Notes under the pieces: generated by a model
The model's input: the letters and a program-made list of their open reading frames with translations, nothing else
What the model was told of the DNA's origin: nothing
Databases searched by the model: none
Part shown: positions 21,677-31,300 of the stretch, one piece after another
How the letters are laid out: the number at the start of each line of letters is the position of its first letter
How positions within the stretch are numbered: position 1 is the first letter of the stretch
Origin: Oscillospiraceae bacterium
GTDB taxonomy: Bacteria > Bacillota > Clostridia > Oscillospirales > Acutalibacteraceae
Assembly: GCA_015066565.1 (NCBI GenBank)
Contig: SVOB01000003.1
Coordinates: 2,291 to 66,290, forward strand
Direction: 5' to 3'
DNA: 64,000 nucleotides
Made by a program: the position numbers and the translations under genes

Positions 21677-22708
21677 TTATTTCATAAGTCCGTCAACGAC
21701 CATATCGAAATACCAGGTGAGTATTCTCTGACCGAAGAAAAGAGCGAAGGCAATTCCGAGAGCGAGGTGAGGACCAAAGGGAACCTCTCTTCCAGTATCC
21801 TCTTCTTCAATTGCCTCTTCAGCGGCTTCTTCAGCCGTTTCTTCGTTGCCTGCGTTTTCGAGCGCTCTCTTAGCCTTGACCTTTTGAGCGATTTTGTTCG
21901 TAGGCTCGGCTAAAGCGGCTTCCTGCTTAGCCTTTGCCTTTTCTTCCTTCGCCTTTTTCTTTTCAGCCTTCGGGTCAACGCCCTTTTCTTTCTGTTCCTT
22001 TTTATAGATGATTGAAAGATAAATAACGGTGAAAATAAGACCGACGACGGTTCCGACTACGGTGGCGAGAACAGTGGACTGCCAGCCGAGAACAAAGCCT
22101 GCCGCAGCCATAAGCTTTATGTCGCCGCCGCCTATAGCGTCAACGCCCTTGAGCTTGGTGAAGATAAGACCGAGAATAAGAAGAATTCCCGAAACGAGAA
22201 CAAGACCGATAAGCTTTGAAATAAGCGTATCAAGGTTAAAGCCGTTCTTTATTATGTCACAGACATAAATTTCAACGCCGCCGATTAAAATGCAAATCCA
22301 CATTGAATCGGGGATGATATTGTGCTGAAAGTCCGTCCAGGAAAGAACGATAAGGCACGAAAGAATCATACAGTAGCCTAAAAGCTCGGGCTTTAAGGTT
22401 CCGTCGCAAAGGAAAAGGAACGCGAGCACATACATAATTCCGTTAAGCGATTCGACTATCGGATACTGGGGCGAAATTCTCGCCTTGCAGTAACGGCATT
22501 TTCCGCCTAAGAAAATGTATGAGAAAAGCGGAATGAGGTCATACCATTTAAGGTCGTGGTTGCATTTCGGGCAGAAGGACGAGCCCTTTTTGAAATCAAG
22601 ACCTATCGGCAAACGGTAAATAAGCACGTTTAAGAAACTGCCTATTACAATTCCGAAGAGGAAAATGACTACGGACAGATAAATTTTCTGAATAATTAAA
22701 AAGTCCAT
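21677..22708 (-). CDS. Type IV prepilin peptidase (A24 family) with K/E-rich insertion
   Basis: CPKCNH...CRYCK zinc knuckle; Asp motifs WTDFQHNIIPD and GGGDIKLM. Confidence 0.85.
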   Translation of the reverse strand: MDFLIIQKIYLSVVIFLFGIVIGSFLNVLIYRLPIGLDFKKGSSFCPKCNHDLKWYDLIPLFSYIFLGGKCRYCKARISPQYPIVESLNGIMYVLAFLFLCDGTLKPELLGYCMILSCLIVLSWTDFQHNIIPDSMWICILIGGVEIYVCDIIKNGFNLDTLISKLIGLVLVSGILLILGLIFTKLKGVDAIGGGDIKLMAAAGFVLGWQSTVLATVVGTVVGLIFTVIYLSIIYKKEQKEKGVDPKAEKKKAKEEKAKAKQEAALAEPTNKIAQKVKAKRALENAGNEETAEEAAEEAIEEEDTGREVPFGPHLALGIAFALFFGQRILTWYFDMVVDGLMK

Positions 22709-23469
22709 TATTTAAATCTCCTTTGTGAAAGAATGAAATTCGGATTTCTTGTAGTGATATTATCCGGCGAAAGGGTCAGGGTAAAATCAAGCTCGGTTTC
22801 GCTGTCGGGAGTGAAAACAGAAACGAGAAGCGAATTCTTTTTGCAGATTTCAACTCCCTTTTTCGAGATGGATTTGAAGCTGCAGTTGACGCCTATTCCG
22901 CCGAGAGCGTTTACCTTTGAAGCGGTTTCTATCCAGTAATCCTCGCTGTTTCTGTCTTTGAACGAGGGATGAACATTGACGTAATACGGAATACTCGACG
23001 TTGACGCAATAAGGGGAACGTCCTTTTCGTCAACGCCTGTGAAAAAGCATCTGTCGGTCATACCGAGAGAACGGATTATTTCGTCAGCCGCATAGGAAAT
23101 ATGGTTTCGCTTAAGGTCGATATTCATTTTAACCGTGTCGGAATGTTCCTTAACGAATTTCAGCGCCTCTTCAAACGTCGGACACTGCTTTCCCTCTTCA
23201 AAATCGTGAGATAAAATCAGGGTGCCGTTACTGTCGTCAAGCAGGTCAAATTCAATTATGTCGGCGCCGCTGTTAATGCCCGCTTCAATGCTTTCGAGCG
23301 TGTTCGCTTCGGTGTCGTTACAGCCCGTATGGGCGGTGACGGTAAAGTATTCGGGCAAAAGATACGCCGATTTCAAAGCCTCGCTTTCAAGCTTCCTTTT
23401 TGCGGCTGAAACAACGGCGGAAGCAACTGTTCCGACGACTATAAGCCGTTTTATCGGTTTTAAATTCAT
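22708..23469 (-). CDS. Glycerophosphodiester phosphodiesterase-family protein
   Basis: N-terminal TM; GDPD motif HTGCND...SGADIIEFDL. Confidence 0.7.
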   Translation of the reverse strand: MNLKPIKRLIVVGTVASAVVSAAKRKLESEALKSAYLLPEYFTVTAHTGCNDTEANTLESIEAGINSGADIIEFDLLDDSNGTLILSHDFEEGKQCPTFEEALKFVKEHSDTVKMNIDLKRNHISYAADEIIRSLGMTDRCFFTGVDEKDVPLIASTSSIPYYVNVHPSFKDRNSEDYWIETASKVNALGGIGVNCSFKSISKKGVEICKKNSLLVSVFTPDSETELDFTLTLSPDNITTRNPNFILSQRRFK

Positions 23470-23476
23470 TTTTTTA

Positions 23477-24856
23477 TCACCTCGGAAGAATTACATTCCA
23501 GTCGGCAGGCGGGGCGTCATACAGAACGCCGTCTTTAACGACCGAGAGTATTTCACGGATTTTTTTGGTTTTGGGAATCGGCTTTGTCAGAGCCGATATT
23601 CTGTCAATAATTGCCGAAACGGATTTATACATAGGCGTGTCGGGCGTGTAAGGCTCGTCGCCGTAAAAGACGTTGTCAACAAGTTCAAGAAGAAAATCCT
23701 TAACGGTAATATCCTTTACGCTTTCGTCAATTTTTCTTCCTACGCCGAGCCTTTTGCCGAGTGAGCCGAGAGTCCGGCTGTTAAGCCTTTTTCCGAAAAA
23801 GAGAATCGGCTTTTTATACTTATAGAAAAACTCTTTCTTCAGCGAAGCCGCCTGACCTAACTCGGCGGCAAGGTCAATATCGTTGGCAACGGCGTAGAAA
23901 ACGTCGTTCATAAAGCCGTTGAAATGGTCTTTAACATATTCGCCTGCGGTCTTTCCCTTGAAATCCCAGTCAAAATCGTCAACGGTAAGGGTTTGAATTT
24001 TAACCTCGTTTTCAGTGAATTCGACCTTTCTGTACGGGCAGGGGTAAGCCACGAGCGCGCCGGTGTTTACGTCGTAAATCGTGTTGCCCTTTTCGGTTGT
24101 CTTTTGGGCAATATTTGTCATATGGGTATGACCCGTGAAAATATATTTTACGCCGTTGTCGGCAAAAAGAGTTGTGATTTCGTCATGGTTTCCGAGCATA
24201 TCACGCTTGGAAAATACGGGATAAATCGGAGAGGGCGGAAGCGCGGGGTGATGGGTCATAACAATAACATATTCGTTGTTTTTCTTCGCCTCTTCAAGCT
24301 GACCCTTTATCCATTCAACACAGTCGTCAAAGTAGCCGCAAAAATCCGACCCGCCGCCCGTGCCGTCATCGTTCATACAAAGAAGCCTTGTCTTTTCGTC
24401 GAGCATAACGGAATAAGAATGGCTCTTTTTGTTTTCCGAAATGGCTTCGTTCCGACCGAATTCGTTATAGAGGCTATAAAGCTCTTTCCTTCGGGTTCTG
24501 GTCGCAATTCCGACGTTATCACCCTCGCATTTAAGGGGCTTGTCGTGGTAATCGTGGGTGGCGGTAATGGCGAATACCCGTTTGCCCGCGTCTTTCAGAC
24601 GGCGAAGCATCGGTATGATTTCGTCGTGAGCCTCCCTTGCGCCGTCGGCGGTAATATCGCCCGCAACGAGAACAATGCCGACCTCTTTGTCGGCGATTAT
24701 TCTGTCAATGGCCGAATTAATAATAGCGCCTGTTTCCGCAAGACAGCGGTGCTCGGCTTTATATACCCTTTCGTAACCCTTGCCCTCTGTTCCCTGAGCC
24801 TTTGCCCAGTGGTGAAGGTCGGTTATGAGATAGAATTTCAAATTCTTTTCAGCCAT
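23477..24856 (-). CDS. Calcineurin-like metallophosphoesterase
   Basis: Motifs TDLHH, AGDITADG, MTHHP, FTGHTH. Confidence 0.75.
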   Translation of the reverse strand: MAEKNLKFYLITDLHHWAKAQGTEGKGYERVYKAEHRCLAETGAIINSAIDRIIADKEVGIVLVAGDITADGAREAHDEIIPMLRRLKDAGKRVFAITATHDYHDKPLKCEGDNVGIATRTRRKELYSLYNEFGRNEAISENKKSHSYSVMLDEKTRLLCMNDDGTGGGSDFCGYFDDCVEWIKGQLEEAKKNNEYVIVMTHHPALPPSPIYPVFSKRDMLGNHDEITTLFADNGVKYIFTGHTHMTNIAQKTTEKGNTIYDVNTGALVAYPCPYRKVEFTENEVKIQTLTVDDFDWDFKGKTAGEYVKDHFNGFMNDVFYAVANDIDLAAELGQAASLKKEFFYKYKKPILFFGKRLNSRTLGSLGKRLGVGRKIDESVKDITVKDFLLELVDNVFYGDEPYTPDTPMYKSVSAIIDRISALTKPIPKTKKIREILSVVKDGVLYDAPPADWNVILPR

Positions 24857-24980
24857 TTTTTGCCTCCGAAAAAACCTATACTATAATATTAAGATACCAA
24901 AAGCTAAAAGTCAATAAAAAATCCCTTTTAAAAAGGGCTTTAGTGTGCTAAAATAGTTAAAAACGAAAGGCGGTGAGCGA

Positions 24981-26204
24981 ATGAAAGGAAAATTCGGTTT
25001 AATCGGAAAGAATATAAGCATAAGTCTGTCGCCCAAAATTCATAAAAGCTTTTTCGACTATGAGTATAAGCTGATGTCCCTTGAAAACGAAGAAGAGGTC
25101 GAAAAGAAATTAAGGGCAAAGGATTTTGACGGACTTAACGTGACAATTCCCTATAAAAAGACGGTTATGCCCTTTCTTGATGAGATTTCGCCCCTTGCCG
25201 AAAAAATCGGAAGCGTGAACACCGTTGTAAACCGAAACGGTTATCTTTTCGGCGATAATACCGATTATTACGGCTTTATAAAAACGCTTGAAAAGGTCGC
25301 CTTTTCGCCGGAAGACAAAAAAGTTCTCGTCCTCGGCTCGGGCGGCGCTTCGCTGAGTATTAAACAGGCGCTTTACGACCTTAAGGCAGGCGAGGTTATT
25401 ACCGTTTCAAGAAGCGGGGAAGATAATTACGAAAATCTTTCAAAGCATTCCGACGCTTCGCTCATAGTAAACACTACCCCTGTCGGAAAGTATCCGGATA
25501 ATCAGAAAACACCTTTGTCGCTTGAGGGCTTTTCGGGGCTTGAAGCGGTAATAGATATTAACTATAATCCCGTTAAATCAAGGCTTTTAATCGAAGCCGA
25601 AAAGAAAAACCTCCGTGTTTCGGGCGGGCTTACTATGCTTGTCTGGCAGGCGAAGAAAAGCGCCGAGCTTTTCACGGGTGAAAGGGTAGAGGACGAAACG
25701 GCGGAAAAAACCGAAAAAGCACTCCTTTTAAAAATGAAAAATGTTGTCTTTATCGGTATGCCGTCCTGTGGAAAATCAACCGTGGGAAGGGTTTTTGCCG
25801 AAAAGACGGGAAGAGCCTTTTTCGATACGGACAGGCTGATTGAAGAAAGGTATTCAAAAAAGCCGTCCGAGATAATAACCGAAAACGGAGAAGAGTATTT
25901 CAGAAAGCTCGAAACCGAGGTTATAACCGATATTTCGAGGAATACGGGAGTTGTTATTTCAGTCGGCGGCGGCGCGGTTTTAAAAGAGGAAAACATTGAC
26001 GCATTAAGACAGAACGGCGTTCTTGTCTATCTTGACAGACCGCTCGACGAGCTTGTTTCGGTTGACAGACCCCTTTCAAAGAACATCAGCGCTCTTTTTG
26101 AAAAGAGAAAGCCGTTTTATGACAAGGCGGCGGACATTAAAATAAAAAGTCAGCCGACAGCCGAAATGACTGCCGATGAGGTGATAAAAAAACTGGGATT
26201 GTGA
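24981..26204 (+). CDS. aroE: Bifunctional shikimate dehydrogenase / shikimate kinase fusion
   Basis: N-terminal AroE (SLSPKIH, NVTIPYK, GSGGAS) fused to AroK (P-loop GMPSCGKST, GGGAV). Confidence 0.85.
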   Translation: MKGKFGLIGKNISISLSPKIHKSFFDYEYKLMSLENEEEVEKKLRAKDFDGLNVTIPYKKTVMPFLDEISPLAEKIGSVNTVVNRNGYLFGDNTDYYGFIKTLEKVAFSPEDKKVLVLGSGGASLSIKQALYDLKAGEVITVSRSGEDNYENLSKHSDASLIVNTTPVGKYPDNQKTPLSLEGFSGLEAVIDINYNPVKSRLLIEAEKKNLRVSGGLTMLVWQAKKSAELFTGERVEDETAEKTEKALLLKMKNVVFIGMPSCGKSTVGRVFAEKTGRAFFDTDRLIEERYSKKPSEIITENGEEYFRKLETEVITDISRNTGVVISVGGGAVLKEENIDALRQNGVLVYLDRPLDELVSVDRPLSKNISALFEKRKPFYDKAADIKIKSQPTAEMTADEVIKKLGL

Positions 26205-26207
26205 TAA

Positions 26208-26234
26208 AGGGCGATACCGATAAGGATGTTTAGG
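26208..26234 (-). repeat. Family A palindromic unit, copy 1 (inverted relative to copies 2 and 3, truncated)
   Basis: AGGGCGATACCGATAAGGATGTTTAGG is the reverse complement of most of the 26457-26487 unit (24/26). Confidence 0.8.
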
Positions 26235-26270
26235 TTTTGGCTTTGTCATTTTGTCCCTAAAGCAATTAAA

Positions 26271-26304
26271 AATCCCCCGAATACGAAAGTATGCAGGGGA
26301 TTTT
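26271..26304 (+). terminator. Hairpin plus T-run, probable aroE-aroK terminator
   Basis: AATCCCC-18 nt-GGGGATTTT. Confidence 0.55.
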
Positions 26305-26387
26305 GTAATCACTTTATGAACTAAAACTACTTTGCCAAAACTGATTCGCACCCTAAAATGAGGCAATTTTTCGTTAGAACAATGAAT

Positions 26388-26425
26388 AAAACGGGGTTAA
26401 TGCTTTGTGCCTTAACCCCGTTTTT
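26388..26425. terminator. Strong bidirectional terminator
   Basis: AAAACGGGGTTAA-tgctttgtgcc-TTAACCCCGTTTTT. Confidence 0.85.
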
Positions 26426-26456
26426 GAAGCCGTTATAGCGGAAAAGTGTCCGTTTT

Positions 26457-26487
26457 AGGGCTTAAACCTCCTTATCGGTATCGCCCT
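26457..26487 (+). repeat. Family A palindromic unit, copy 2
   Basis: AGGGCTTAAACCTCCTTATCGGTATCGCCCT; 29/31 identical to 44561-44591. Confidence 0.85.
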
Positions 26488-26504
26488 AAGGACAATCCCG
26501 CTTT

Positions 26505-27497
26505 TTATTTAATCTCAATGTCGGTGTAGTAGTGCTTGAGAATTTCGTCATACTTAAAACCCTGCTTTGCCATATAGTCGGCGCCGTACTGGCTCATCCC
26601 GACAAAATGACCGTAACCGTCGGCGGTTATTATGAAAGAGCCGTCCTTAAAGCCTATGTCAAAAGCCGAGCTTTTTAATGAAAGGGCCGCGCGAAGCTGT
26701 TCTCCCGCGAGAACCTTGTTACAGATTTTTATTTCGGTTACGGTGCCCGCAGGCGAGCGTTTTATTTCACCTATATAGTCTTTCGCCTTACCCGAAAACT
26801 CAAGTCCGTCAACGGTTGAAAGCAGTTTTTCAAATTCTTCGGTCGAAAGAACGAGGGTTGAAGAGAAGGCGGGAGAAAGCCTGTCGCCCTCGCTTGAAAC
26901 GCTTTTGAGGTAGGGAATTTTTTTGCCCCAGACTACCTCTGCGTCCTCGGTTTTGCCTGCGCTTAAGGCGTGAAAAACAGCCATTATCGGTTCGTTTTCA
27001 TAGGTGATTGTCTTCCCGTAAACGCTTTCAACGGCGGAAGAGAGCTTTTTATAGTATTTTTCAAAGCCGTCGCCCCATTTTTCCTTCATTTGTTCCTTTG
27101 TCATAAAGGTCTGGTCGTTTTCGCTGTTTTCAATGTCTGCGCCGTTTTTACCTTCGCCGTTATTCTGATTCTGTTTCCATTTCAGAAAGGTGTAGCACGC
27201 CACAGCCTGAGCCTTCAGGGCTTCTTCGTCGTATGTAATCGGCATTTCAGCCGCAACCGAGCCTATTATATAGTCCTTTTCGCTTACGGAGGAAACGCTG
27301 TTGTCCGAAGGCGAAAAAACCTTTACCGTAACCTCCTTTTCTTCCTTTGACGCGGCTTCGGAGACGGCTGCCGCTTCTTCCTTTTTTGTCTCGCTTTTTA
27401 TCTCAATCAGCGGCCCGTCGCTGTCGGGCAGGGCTATAAGCGGCGCGGATACGGTGAAAATCGCTATAATAAGGCATAAACTTAAAAATCTTTTCAT
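26505..27497 (-). CDS. spoIID: Stage II sporulation protein D (SpoIID/LytB domain)
   Basis: Signal/TM segment, FHALSAGKTE and GHFVGMSQYGA motifs. Confidence 0.85.
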   Translation of the reverse strand: MKRFLSLCLIIAIFTVSAPLIALPDSDGPLIEIKSETKKEEAAAVSEAASKEEKEVTVKVFSPSDNSVSSVSEKDYIIGSVAAEMPITYDEEALKAQAVACYTFLKWKQNQNNGEGKNGADIENSENDQTFMTKEQMKEKWGDGFEKYYKKLSSAVESVYGKTITYENEPIMAVFHALSAGKTEDAEVVWGKKIPYLKSVSSEGDRLSPAFSSTLVLSTEEFEKLLSTVDGLEFSGKAKDYIGEIKRSPAGTVTEIKICNKVLAGEQLRAALSLKSSAFDIGFKDGSFIITADGYGHFVGMSQYGADYMAKQGFKYDEILKHYYTDIEIK

Positions 27498-27594
27498 TTT
27501 TATTGGTCCTTTCGTTTGACATTGATATTAAATTATAGTAAAATATTAAGTTGAATAAGTTTAGTTTATTATAAAAAATCAGGGAGGAAATAAT

Positions 27595-29007
27595 ATGTCG
27601 GTTATTGCGCCTATTTCCAGTAATTCCCTTAACAGTTTATGGTCGGAAATTAAAAAAAATAACTATATAAATCCCGAGTATTACTCCCGTTTTGACGTCA
27701 AAAGAGGGCTGAGAAATGCCGACGACACGGGCGTTATGGCGGGACTTACGAGAATATGCAGTGTTGAGGGTTATTACCTTTCTGACGGCGAGCGTGTTCC
27801 GAAAGAGGGCAAGCTCGTTTACAGGGGAATAAATATTGAGGAAATCGTTGATAATTGTATTAAAGAAAACCGCTTCGGCTTTGAAGAGGTTGCGTGGCTT
27901 CTGATTTTAGGTCAGCTTCCTACGGAAAATCAGCTTAAGGAGTTTAACGATATTCTCGGCTCGTGCAGGGAACTGCCCGACGATTTTATTGAGGATATGA
28001 TTATGAAGGCTCCGTCGCCGAACGTTATGAATAAGGCGGCGAGAAGCGTTCTTGCTCTTTATTCGTTTGACGAGGACCCCGAATCGACGGATATTGAAAA
28101 CGTAACGCGTCAGTGCGTTCAGCTGATAGCCCAGATTCCGTCAATAGTGTCATACGCCTACCAGGTTAAAAGAAGGGTTTATGACCATAAGAGTATGTAT
28201 ATTCATCAGGTTGACCCGTCAATGACGACGGCGCAGTCGATTCTTCACTATATCCGTTCGGACAAAAAGTTCACCGACGAGGAAGCGAAGCTTCTCGATA
28301 TAGCGCTTATCGTTCACGCCGAGCACGGCGGCGGTAACAACTCGACCTTTTCGACGAGGTGCTTAACCTCAAGCGGAACCGATACATACTCGGCATTTGC
28401 GGCGGGTATAGGCGCTCTTAAGGGCCCGAAGCACGGCGGAGCGAATATAAAGGTCCGCAGGATGCTCAACGATATGAAAAACAGTATTGAGGACATAACC
28501 GACGCGGATCAGGTTGCTTCGTATCTTACAAAGGTGATAAGAAAAGAGGCGAACGACGGCTCGGGTCTTGTCTACGGAATGGGTCACGCGGTTTACACCC
28601 TGTCTGACCCGAGGGCGAAAATCCTTAAATCCTGCGCCTCAAGATATGCCGGAAATTACGGACTTGAAAAGGAATTCACCGCTTTGAGCCTTATTGAAAG
28701 CCTTACCCCTCAGGTCTTTGAACAGGTTAAGGGCTCGAAGAAGAAAATGTGCGCTAACGTTGACCTGTATTCAGGGCTTATTTACGATATTTTAAGAATT
28801 CCCGAGGATTTGTTTACGCCTATGTTCCTTTGCGCAAGAAGCGCGGGCTGGGCGGCGCACAGAATTGAAGAGCTGTTAACGAACAACAGGATAATCCGCC
28901 CCGCGTTCAAAAACGTGGCTCAGCCGAGGGACTACGTTCCCATCAACGAAAGAACAAGCGACTTTGAGTTAAATCAGAGAGATTATATTCCGCAGGACGA
29001 AAGATAA
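27595..29007 (+). CDS. Citrate synthase
   Basis: HAEHGGGNNSTF and GMGHAVY citrate synthase signatures. Confidence 0.9.
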   Translation: MSVIAPISSNSLNSLWSEIKKNNYINPEYYSRFDVKRGLRNADDTGVMAGLTRICSVEGYYLSDGERVPKEGKLVYRGINIEEIVDNCIKENRFGFEEVAWLLILGQLPTENQLKEFNDILGSCRELPDDFIEDMIMKAPSPNVMNKAARSVLALYSFDEDPESTDIENVTRQCVQLIAQIPSIVSYAYQVKRRVYDHKSMYIHQVDPSMTTAQSILHYIRSDKKFTDEEAKLLDIALIVHAEHGGGNNSTFSTRCLTSSGTDTYSAFAAGIGALKGPKHGGANIKVRRMLNDMKNSIEDITDADQVASYLTKVIRKEANDGSGLVYGMGHAVYTLSDPRAKILKSCASRYAGNYGLEKEFTALSLIESLTPQVFEQVKGSKKKMCANVDLYSGLIYDILRIPEDLFTPMFLCARSAGWAAHRIEELLTNNRIIRPAFKNVAQPRDYVPINERTSDFELNQRDYIPQDER

Positions 29008-29021
29008 GGAGTTAAGATAAA

Positions 29022-29966
29022 ATGAAAGGTAAATTGGATTTTATTAAAGTAAAGGGTCTTCTGGTGCTGTTTGCAATAACGTTCGCTTTTGCGGCTCCGA
29101 TAAGACTTTATCAGTATTTTACGGTTATTGCGCCCTCAACGGGCTTCTATACGTCGCTTTCGTGGGCGGTATATGCGCTCTATATAATTGTCGGCGTGTT
29201 TTCACTCGCTGTTATTATCTGTTCGTTCCTGTCAACCGAAACGGTACAGAGTAAAATGCCCGAGGGAAAAAGTAAACTCCTCGGCGTTATTTCGATTGCT
29301 TATGCGGTATGCTTCCTTATCGACGCAATAATGAGAATAAGCTCGTTCGCGATTGCTTTTGTCGGTTATGCGTCGGGCTCGGTAAGACCCGGACTCTGGA
29401 GATACATTTCGACTAACGGCTATCTTCCCGTTATTCTTCAGGCGGTTTTCGCTCTTTTTGCGGCGATTTACTTTATCGTTTTCGGTATGTCTTACCTTGC
29501 GGGCAAAAACACCTTCCAGGACAGCAAGCTGCTCGCTCTTTCGCCTATGCTCTGGGCTGTGGCGAGAATGATTACGGGACTTATGAAGCCCATAAGCTAC
29601 GTTAAGGTCAGCGAGCTCCTTTTAGAGCTTTTCTCAATGATGTTCTTAATGCTTACGTTCCTTTCCTTCGCAAGAATTTCCTCTCAGCTTAGCGAAAAAG
29701 GCGAAATGAGAAAGATTTTTGCGTTCGGACTTCCCGCTGCGCTTTTCTGCCTTGTCTGCGCAGTTCCGAGAGTTGTTCTTACCGTTATCGGTCAGTCCTC
29801 AAGACTCGCCGACGGATACGGCTTTGACGTAATGCTTCTTTCGAGCGCAGTTTTTCTTATAGTCTATATCGCTTCGGTTATGTATATGGGCAATAAGGAA
29901 ATCGCAGAGGAAAAGCAGGAAGAATTTGAAGAAACCGTTATTGACGACAATTTCCTTTCGGAATAA
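29022..29966 (+). CDS. Polytopic membrane protein, unknown function
   Basis: About 8 hydrophobic segments, acidic C-terminal tail; no motif recognised. Confidence 0.45.
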   Translation: MKGKLDFIKVKGLLVLFAITFAFAAPIRLYQYFTVIAPSTGFYTSLSWAVYALYIIVGVFSLAVIICSFLSTETVQSKMPEGKSKLLGVISIAYAVCFLIDAIMRISSFAIAFVGYASGSVRPGLWRYISTNGYLPVILQAVFALFAAIYFIVFGMSYLAGKNTFQDSKLLALSPMLWAVARMITGLMKPISYVKVSELLLELFSMMFLMLTFLSFARISSQLSEKGEMRKIFAFGLPAALFCLVCAVPRVVLTVIGQSSRLADGYGFDVMLLSSAVFLIVYIASVMYMGNKEIAEEKQEEFEETVIDDNFLSE

Positions 29967-29996
29967 TTTTTAAAAATCGGGTCTGGAGAGAAAAGA

Positions 29997-30944
29997 GTGG
30001 AGTTATTTTTAGGTAATGCCCTTGTTGCGGCGAAGCAGGTGCTCATTTTATATATAATGGTCGCAGTCGGCTTTATCTGTGACAAAACCGGGCTCTTTAC
30101 CGAGAAAACGGCGAGGGGTACGAATTCGCTTCTGTTTTTCGTAACAACCCCTGCGGTTATCATTCAGTCCTTTCTCAAAACCGAATTTTCAAAGGACGGC
30201 GCCATAAAGCTTCTTATAGCCTTCGGCGGCGCGGTTGCAATTCACCTGATCGGCATTGCTATTTCGTCCTTCCTTTTCAAAAAGACCGAAATTGATAAAA
30301 GGGTAGTTTACAGGTTTGCCTGCGTTTACGGAAACGTCGGTTATATGGCGTTGCCTCTGGCTCAGGAAATTCTCGGTTCGGAGGGAGTTTTCTACTGCTC
30401 GGTAGGCGTAATCGCCTTTAACATTTTCTGCTTTACCCACGGCTCGTTTATAATGACGAAAAAGGAAAAGGGCGAAAAGAGCTTTAAATTCAAAAAGCTT
30501 GTTTTAAACCCCGGGGTTATTTCGGTTCTTATCGGTCTTCCGCTGTTTCTGTTTTCGGTCAAGCTTCCCGAAATTATTGAAACCCCGTTGTATTCGGTAG
30601 CGGCGTGTAACACTCCGCTGGCTATGATAGTTTTCGGTACTTACCTTGCGAACGCCGATTTCAAAAGCGTTTTCAAGGATAAAAATATTTTTCTTACGGC
30701 GTTTGTCAAGCTTATCTGTATGCCGCTTATAATCTTCGGTGTTTACCGTCTTTTCGGCTTTTCGGGCGCGTTTCTCGTTGCGGCGATGATAACCGCTTCT
30801 GCTCCGTCGGCGAATAACACGGTTATCTTTACCGCCCAGTATGACAGAGATCTCAATACCGCTTCGAGAACGGTAACGGCGGTCAGCGTGCTTTCGGTTA
30901 TCACTATGCCGCTGATTATAGCTTTGGCTCAGCAGATGAAATAG
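29997..30944 (+). CDS. AEC (auxin efflux carrier) family transporter
   Basis: About 10 TM segments with AEC-like organisation. GTG start 8 nt after GGAG. Confidence 0.75.
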   Translation: MELFLGNALVAAKQVLILYIMVAVGFICDKTGLFTEKTARGTNSLLFFVTTPAVIIQSFLKTEFSKDGAIKLLIAFGGAVAIHLIGIAISSFLFKKTEIDKRVVYRFACVYGNVGYMALPLAQEILGSEGVFYCSVGVIAFNIFCFTHGSFIMTKKEKGEKSFKFKKLVLNPGVISVLIGLPLFLFSVKLPEIIETPLYSVAACNTPLAMIVFGTYLANADFKSVFKDKNIFLTAFVKLICMPLIIFGVYRLFGFSGAFLVAAMITASAPSANNTVIFTAQYDRDLNTASRTVTAVSVLSVITMPLIIALAQQMK

Positions 30945-30967
30945 TTTAAATAAAGCGGTGATAAAAA

Positions 30968-31300
30968 ATGAAATTAATAATTGCGGTAGTTAATTATGAC
31001 GATTCCCAGGCTGTTCTTTCAGAGCTTACAAGAACGGGTTTTTTAGTCACCAATCTTTCAACATCGGGAGCCTTCCTCAAGACCAAAAACGTCACTCTTC
31101 TCATAGGAACGGAGGACGAAAAGGTCAGCCAGGCGATTGAAATAATCAGCCAGTTCAGCTCAAAAAGAAATCAGCCCGTGCCTAAAAACGCAACGGATTT
31201 TATGAGCGAGGGCTTTATGAACGCAGTATCCAGAAATGAAATCACGGTCGGAGGCGCAACCGTTTTCGTTATGGATGTAGAACAGTTTTATAAATTATGA
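30968..31300 (+). CDS. darA: PII-like cyclic-di-AMP receptor (DarA/PstA, DUF970)
   Basis: MKLIIAVVNYDD...LSTSGAFLK...TLLIGTED; conserved position upstream of holB-ricT. Confidence 0.8.
   Translation: MKLIIAVVNYDDSQAVLSELTRTGFLVTNLSTSGAFLKTKNVTLLIGTEDEKVSQAIEIISQFSSKRNQPVPKNATDFMSEGFMNAVSRNEITVGGATVFVMDVEQFYKL

Noticed and set aside
26208-26487. Interpretation of the inverted family A units as a phase-variable invertible promoter (inverton)
   Set aside because: No invertase is nearby. The internal promoter is followed by a terminator in the present orientation and would face only the 3' end of aroE-aroK if flipped. The split-terminator geometry fits an insertion better. Kept only as a minor alternative.
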